A program made the translations under genes and the position numbers. From assembly GCF_009914755.1 (NCBI RefSeq), contig NC_060931.1: a stretch of 64,000 nt of DNA. One strand, written 5' to 3'. A model generated the notes under the pieces. It searched no databases. It was not told the origin of the DNA and saw nothing but the letters and a program-made list of their open reading frames with translations. Below are positions 57,701-64,000 of this stretch, piece after piece. Each line of letters opens with the position of its first letter. The stretch's first letter is position 1. The stretch comes from the human T2T-CHM13v2.0 reference genome, Homo sapiens.

Positions 57701-57822
57701 GAAACGTCGACACGCTGGTTGAGATTAAGGATGATTGTGAAATGTTGACACGCTCGTTGACATTAAGGATGATTGTGAAACGTCGACATGCTGGTTGAAA
57801 TTAAGGATGATTGTGAGACGTC
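54752..57822. repeat. 38-bp VNTR, ~80 copies, TTAAGGATGATTGTGAAACGTCGACACGCTGGTTGA(C/G)A
   Basis: Exact 38-nt period (e.g. 55081 to 55119); highly homogeneous with a few variant positions. Confidence 0.98.
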
Positions 57823-58380
57823 ACTAAACACCCCCTGCCCTCCACACTCCACCCTCCACCTCTCACTAAACACCTCCTGTCCTCCACACTCCACCCTCTG
57901 CCTCTCACTAAACACCTCCTGTCCTCCACACTCCACCCTCCGCCTCTCGCTAAACACCCCCTGCCCTCCACACTCCACCCTCCACCTCTCACTAAACACC
58001 TCCTGTCCTCCACACTCCACCCTCCGCCTCTCACTAAACACCTCCTGTCCTCCACACTCCACCCTCCGCCTCTCGCTAAACACCCCCTGCCCTCCACACT
58101 CCACCCTCCACCTCTCACTAAACACCTCCTGTCCTCCACACTCCACCCTCTGCCTCTCACTAAACACCTCCTGTCCTCCACACTCCACCCTCCGCCTCTC
58201 GCTAAACACCCCCTGCCCTCCACACTCCACCCTCCACCTCTCACTAAACACCTCCTGTCCTCCACACTCCACCCTCCGCCTCTCGCTAAACACCCCCTGC
58301 CCTCCACACTCCACCCTCCACCTCTCACTAAACACCCCCTGCCCTCCACACTCCACCCTCTGCCTCTCACTAAACACTCC
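57821..58380. repeat. 42-bp C-rich VNTR, ~13 copies, directly abutting the 38-bp VNTR
   Basis: tcactaaacaccccctgccctccacactccaccctccacctc; 14-aa periodicity. Confidence 0.96.
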
Positions 58381-59369
58381 TTTTCTTGCCCGTTCCCATC
58401 CTGTCATTTCTCACTTCAAATCTCCTGCCTTCCACACTCTCTTCCTGTCAGTTCTCATTAACATTTTCTTCCTTCTTCACACCCATCCTGTCAGTCCTCA
58501 CTACACATTCCCTTTCTCACACGAATCCTATCAATTCTCACTCAACATTTCCTGTCTCTCACTCTCCCGTTCTGTCAGTTCACATGAAACATTCTCTGCC
58601 TTCCTCACTCCCATACGGTTGGCTTTCACTGTCTGTTTCTGCCTTCCTCACTCTCACACAGTCAGCTCTCACTCAACATTTCCTGCCTCCCGCCCTCCCA
58701 TATTCTGTCACTTCTCACTCAGTATTCCCGGCCGTCCTGACCCTGAGTGTTCCCGGGTCATGTCAGTTCCCAATGAACACTTCCTGGCCTCCATTCTCAC
58801 TACGCAGCTCCCTCTTCCTCGCACAAATCCTGTTGCTTCTCATTCAACACTCTCTGCCTTCCTCACTTTCCTTGTGTTAGTTCTCAGGAACATTTCCAGT
58901 TCTTTTTCCATCAATCCTGTTTTGTCTCCCAATCTTCTCTTTCTGCCCTGTCAAATCCTAAGGATGACCCTCCTGGAACAATGACAGTGTTTTACCACTC
59001 ACTCTGGCTTTTTACCAAAACCCAGTGAGAGAGACTCGGTGGGTTCATGACTGCTCTTTACACTGCTTTGTTCATTTATGAATGCTGGATACCCAGCCCC
59101 CTTTCTCCCACTGTGATTTTTAGCAGTGTATGTGGTGTGAAAAACAACATTCAGGGCAAATGATGATTCTCCTGTGGAGTTTTAGTTAATCTTACTGTAT
59201 TAGTTTTCAGTATTGAGCAGAAAGGACCGTATCGTTTTTCTTGTAGTTATGATAGCGTCATGGATCTAAGCAGTTATTTGCAGATATGGATAAGATGAAA
59301 AGGTAATTTTTTTTTGGAAAAGATAATCCATTGTGAAGTTTTTATTAAAGACTACTCACTTATGTCTGA

Positions 59370-59555
<186 letters not shown>

Positions 59556-60572
59556 TGAAATAATACTCTGTAGTATAATATTTTATTTTAATGTGATGGG
59601 GTTTAATGTACATAAAACTGAGAAAGACTGAGTTTCTGCAGAATTCAAAAGTGAGTGGTTTTTCCCTCTTAAGTGTGCATGTTAAATTTGTGATTAAGGA
59701 TTTTAGTAAGATGAATAGAAGAGGGATCCACAGTAATTTAAACATGTGAGATTGTTTGAATGAATGGGAACTGAGATTTTCTATGTGTTTGAAATCCTGT
59801 TTTCTTTTCTCTTCCAGTTATTCAGTTTCTTTTCTTGAGATAGAGTAGTAGAAATAGTTGGACGAGCATGAGAGAGTGTTCAGATCAAAGTTGTGTTAAT
59901 AGTTTAGATATAGTTACAAGCAAGACGCTTAACATTTAGTGTAGATAGACTTAGATTTTTAGGTCAATCCGTGGTTATGGAACATAAAACGGGAAGCAAA
60001 GCCCAGGATCTCAAACAGAAAGTACAGTTGCATGTAACTGTTTAATCAGTTCAGACAAACTGCATTTGCAAGACCAAACTGAAATTTCTTGAGCTAGTAA
60101 CCTCTTTGTCTCTGAAAAAGTGGCTGTCGGGTACCGGAGGGCAGCCATGGTCCCGGTTTTTGTGGAGAACCAGCAGAGGTGGTCCGTGTGGCCGTCTGCT
60201 TGGTAGCAGGTGCGGGTGTGCTGCAGGGTAAACGTGCTTCGGGGCACGTGTGAGACCAGAGCAGTTGGTGCCACTGTTCCAGGCATTTCTTCCGTCCTGC
60301 CTGCTATTTAGAGATTTCAGTTTATTTACATTTCTCTGTCTTTTAACGTTAACAAAAATGGCATTGTTAATTTAACAAGTCTTCACATTCTTTGAGAGGG
60401 TTTTGTCTTTTCCTGTTAGAAAAATAATAAATCTCTGTACCTGTATCATTCAACACATTGGCATCCACACTCCCACACCCAGCAGACACCAAGAAGGGAA
60501 CCGAGTGTGCGCCGCCCCCAGGGAGCCGACACTGAGCAGTGACAGCAGATGCATGAGAGCGGCAGTGGTGCC

Positions 60573-61285
60573 ATGGCCTCCGTCGGAGAACACGTGAAGT
60601 GTGTGTGTGTACTGCAGCGCTGTGGCCTCCGTCGGAGAACACGTGAAGTGTGTGTGTGTACCACAGCGTGTGGCCTCCAACGGGGAACACGTGAAGTGTG
60701 TGTGTGTATGGCAGCGCCGGGCCTCCGTCGGGGAACACGTGAAGTGTGTGTGTGTACCACAGCGTGTGGCCTCCGTCAGAGAACATGTGAAGTGTGTGTG
60801 TGTACCACAGCATGTGGCCTCCGTCGGGGAACACGTGAAGTGTGTGCGCATACTGCAGCGCCGGGCCTCCATCAGGGAACACATGAAGTGTGTGTGTGTA
60901 CCACAGCGTGTGGCCTCCATCGGGGAACACGTGAAGTGTGTGTGCATACTGCAGCGCCGGGCCTCCATCAGGGAACACATGAAGTGTGTGTGTGTACCAC
61001 AGCGTGTGGCCTCCGTCGGGGAACACGTGAAGTGCGTGTGTGTACCACAGTGTGTGGCCTCCATCTGGGAACACGTGAAGTATGTGTGCATACTGCAGCG
61101 CCAGGCCTCCATCAGGGAACACATGAAGTGTGTGTGTGTACTGAAGTGTGTGGCCTCTGTTGGGGAACTCGTGAAGTGTATGTGTGTACTTCAGTGCGTG
61201 GCCTCTGTCGGGGAACACGTGAAGTGCATGTGTGTACTGCAGTGTGTGGCCTCCGTTGGGGAACTCGTGAAGTGTGTGTGTGTTG
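60573..61285. repeat. 48-bp VNTR, ~15 copies, GGCCTCCGTCGGGGAACACGTGAAG(TG)5TACCACAGCGTGT-type
   Basis: 16-aa periodicity; CACGTG at 48-nt spacing. Confidence 0.96.
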
Positions 61286-61506
61286 CACTTCCCACATGTT
61301 CAAGGAGTGGAGGGTCTTGTTTGCTTAGTTTTGTGTTCTGGTAAAATGAATATTGAGATAGCAGAAGGAATATGAGACTGCAAGAGAGGCATGAGACGGA
61401 GTGTGTGGGTTGTCTCACCCTGCGAATCCAGAATTTGACTCACATTAGATTCTGATCTGTGATCAGATGTAGAGATACTTCAGCCTTCCTAGGGTCCACC
61501 CAGTAC

Positions 61507-61608
61507 CCTCATCACTATTAAAACACGCGGCAGAATGACACAGCCAGCGGGTCGTCCTCATCTCTATTAAAACACGCGGCAGAATGACGCAGCCAGCAGG
61601 TCGTTCAT
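61507..61608. repeat. 49-bp two-copy tandem duplication
   Basis: ctattaaaacacgcggcagaatgac at 61515 and 61564. Confidence 0.88.
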
Positions 61609-62009
61609 CTTGACAAATGTTCTGTAGCGGGTGCTATGCCCTGGGCACTGTCGGGGAGCTGCAGTTCAGCAGTGAGTAGGACGACAGCAACTCTGCCCTC
61701 CTGAACTTGTGTTTCGCTGGGTCAAGTAGGCTCTGCACTGGCTAAACAGGTCAACACACAGTCTATCAGAGAGGGGTAAGTTCTAAGGAGAAAAATAAAG
61801 ACAGTTCTGATAGAGGAGGCCTCACTGTGAGTGAAAACCGGACGGAGATGAGAGACGGGCCACAGGGAGATGGGAGCTTCTGGAGGAGGCGCTGCACGCA
61901 CACAGGTCTGAGCGGTGGGCACACCTGTGTCTTGGGTAGAAGCGAGGAGACCACGGTGGACAGTGGGAGGTGAGGTCGGGGCAGCGATGGGTCAGGCGTT
62001 GGTTGCCAT

Positions 62010-62260
62010 ATCATAGTTCCGCTGTAACAGGAGGTACACGTTCCTAAAAATCGCTACACCGTGGAAGACTGCCAATAAAAACCACAGGGCTTAGGAGAAA
62101 ACGGGGTCAGGTCACAGCACTCGAGAACCTCATCCCACTAAAAACAACTATTAAATACGGCAGCTGGAAGAAGACCTGACGCTTGCTGGTGGAAGTGGCC
62201 CCAGAAGGCTGCAGCTATGAGCGATTGTGACGAGGTGGAAGGAGGGTTCCCTGGAATTGG
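62010..62260 (+). mobile_element. Probable old Tigger-family DNA transposon fragment
   Basis: tagttccgctgtaac...cgttcctaaaaatc...caataaaaccacagggctt; recognition only. Confidence 0.4.
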
Positions 62261-62981
62261 AGGGGACGTTGTGACCCAAGCATGGATGGTGTGGGTAGCA
62301 GGATGTGAACTGAGGGGCTGATAGGTGTTTGTGGTGTGTGTGTGGCTGGGGTTGGCCGGGTGCTGCTTTCCACATTGACTTGGCGCCTGCCAGCGGTGCG
62401 GTCCAGTTCTTTGACTGAAGTTCTCGCCAGTCATGGACTTCCTATCCTCCTGTTTCACGAGCTCCATCTCCATCTTCTGCTGATGTGTGAGAGCTGCCGG
62501 CACGGCCAGCAGTGGCAACAGTAACGCCTTGGAGTGCAGTCCCTCGCCGGGTGGAGCAGTGTCTGGAACGGCGCTCAGCCGCTCGCAGCCTTTGAGGAGA
62601 GCAGTGTGCCACGTGGTGTTCCAGTGCTGAAGCCCCTGCAGCTGGTGTATTAGCAATGTTCTAAAGCAGAGGGGCAGCCAGGCGCACTGCATTACCTCCC
62701 AGCTCTGAGATCCCGACTCCCGGCTTCTGGTGGGCAGCTGGTTTCTGTGGGAGTCGCTCGTGGAGCCACAGGTGTCTTGGGCTGCATGTGACCACATTTT
62801 AGCCAGACTCTGAGGTCAGCTTGGACAGAGTGTTGGGGCATAGGCTGTGGCCGTTCATCAAAACCTACGTTTCATGTATGTTGGTTTCGAAAGGACCACG
62901 TTTGTTTCTTCATGAAGCTGAATTTTTTTTTGAGTATTCGGAAGTGTGTTAAATTTAACTTGGATTCTGGCAGGTCGTTGA

Positions 62982-63239
<258 letters not shown>

Positions 63240-63546
63240 TGAAGGTGCAGGTGGGGAGAGTCACGGAGAGAGGTGCAGGGACAGGAGGTGGGTAGGGACT
63301 TATGGGCCATTCTCTGTCTCTCACAGCTGGCCTCAGCTGTGCTGTGGGTGCAGCGAGACACATGGGTGTGCTTGTAGTTCAGAATGAGCAAACGAGAATT
63401 TTCACAGAGCAGCCCTTTGGGTCAGCTGAGAATTAGGAAATGGAGGTGGTTGTAGGCTGAATGAAAATACTCACCATGCTGGGTGTAGCTCTGGGGCCCT
63501 AGATGCCTGTTTTTTTGCCTTGCACTGTTTTGGTCCTGAGTGTTTT

Positions 63547-63625
63547 AGAGGTTTCTTAGACTGCGTGGAGGTTTCTTAGACTGCATGGAGGTTTCTTCAA
63601 CTGCACTGAGGTTTCTTAGACTGTG
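63547..63625. repeat. 20-bp tandem repeat, 4 copies
   Basis: gaggtttcttagactgc repeated. Confidence 0.88.
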
Positions 63626-64000
63626 TTGAAGTGTGCTGTCGCTCACAGCCCTTCTGGAGGCCTCCCATTCACCGCCCAGGAGGCTGGCACCGAGGCTTGA
63701 GGACTGTGCGGTGAGGGGTCAGGGCTGCCTCTCTTATGTTTGGGAAAATGTGCATTTGTATTTTCCTAGTTATGTATTCCCTGGCCTCAAACCCATTGAT
63801 TTCCACAAAAGCTGTAGAGAAGAATAACTTGAAATTGTAACTTTTGTAATACAAGATGTAAATAAAATGGCGCAGGATGGAACTGCTACTTCTGAGGTTC
63901 AGCCGATTGAGCTGAGTGGACAGGCTCCCGGCAGGCTTTGTGTGACCAGATGAGTGTCAGCACCTTGCGTTTGTGATCATAACAAGCCTACGGGGTGGGT

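Noticed and set aside
54752-57822. CRISPR-like array (38-bp repeat with internal palindrome)
   Set aside because: Units are head-to-tail with no unique spacers, there are no cas genes, and the context is a primate intron; it is a minisatellite
57763-58984. 398-aa plus-strand and 214-aa minus-strand ORFs
   Set aside because: VNTR plus low-complexity C/T sequence; no domain, promoter or splice support
60367-61344. Cys/His-rich ORFs resembling zinc-finger or metallothionein proteins
   Set aside because: Cys/His/Val come from (TG)n tracts in the 48-bp VNTR; no C2H2 spacing or linker

Overview
Human (or very close great-ape) genomic DNA from subtelomeric 7q36.3. The window lies entirely inside DYNC2I1 (WDR60, dynein-2 intermediate chain 1) on the + strand. 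It starts in intron 1, contains coding exons 2-16 (all GT-AG; phases join into one continuous ORF from RRTKDD to ICESQ, about residues 6-698) and ends in intron 16. Exon numbers and residue numbers assume a 15-nt coding exon 1 recalled from the known protein. Introns hold ~40 Alus, an ~8.5 kb decayed antisense L1 with nested insertions, LTR12/MSTA/THE1/MER4-group LTRs, MER2/MER47/MER33 DNA transposons and about ten minisatellites. Almost all long ORFs in the ORF track are Alu or VNTR artefacts. No new protein-coding gene is supported. The best leads are regulatory hypotheses: a VNTR with 32-bp-phased CCAAT boxes plus GC boxes upstream of exon 12, a VNTR array of 5' splice-site consensus motifs, a CpG-retaining ~80-copy hairpin VNTR, a UG/E-box VNTR behind a cryptic acceptor, and a splice donor recreated at the exon 3/4 junction. 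Repeat subfamily names come from recognition, not from a database search.
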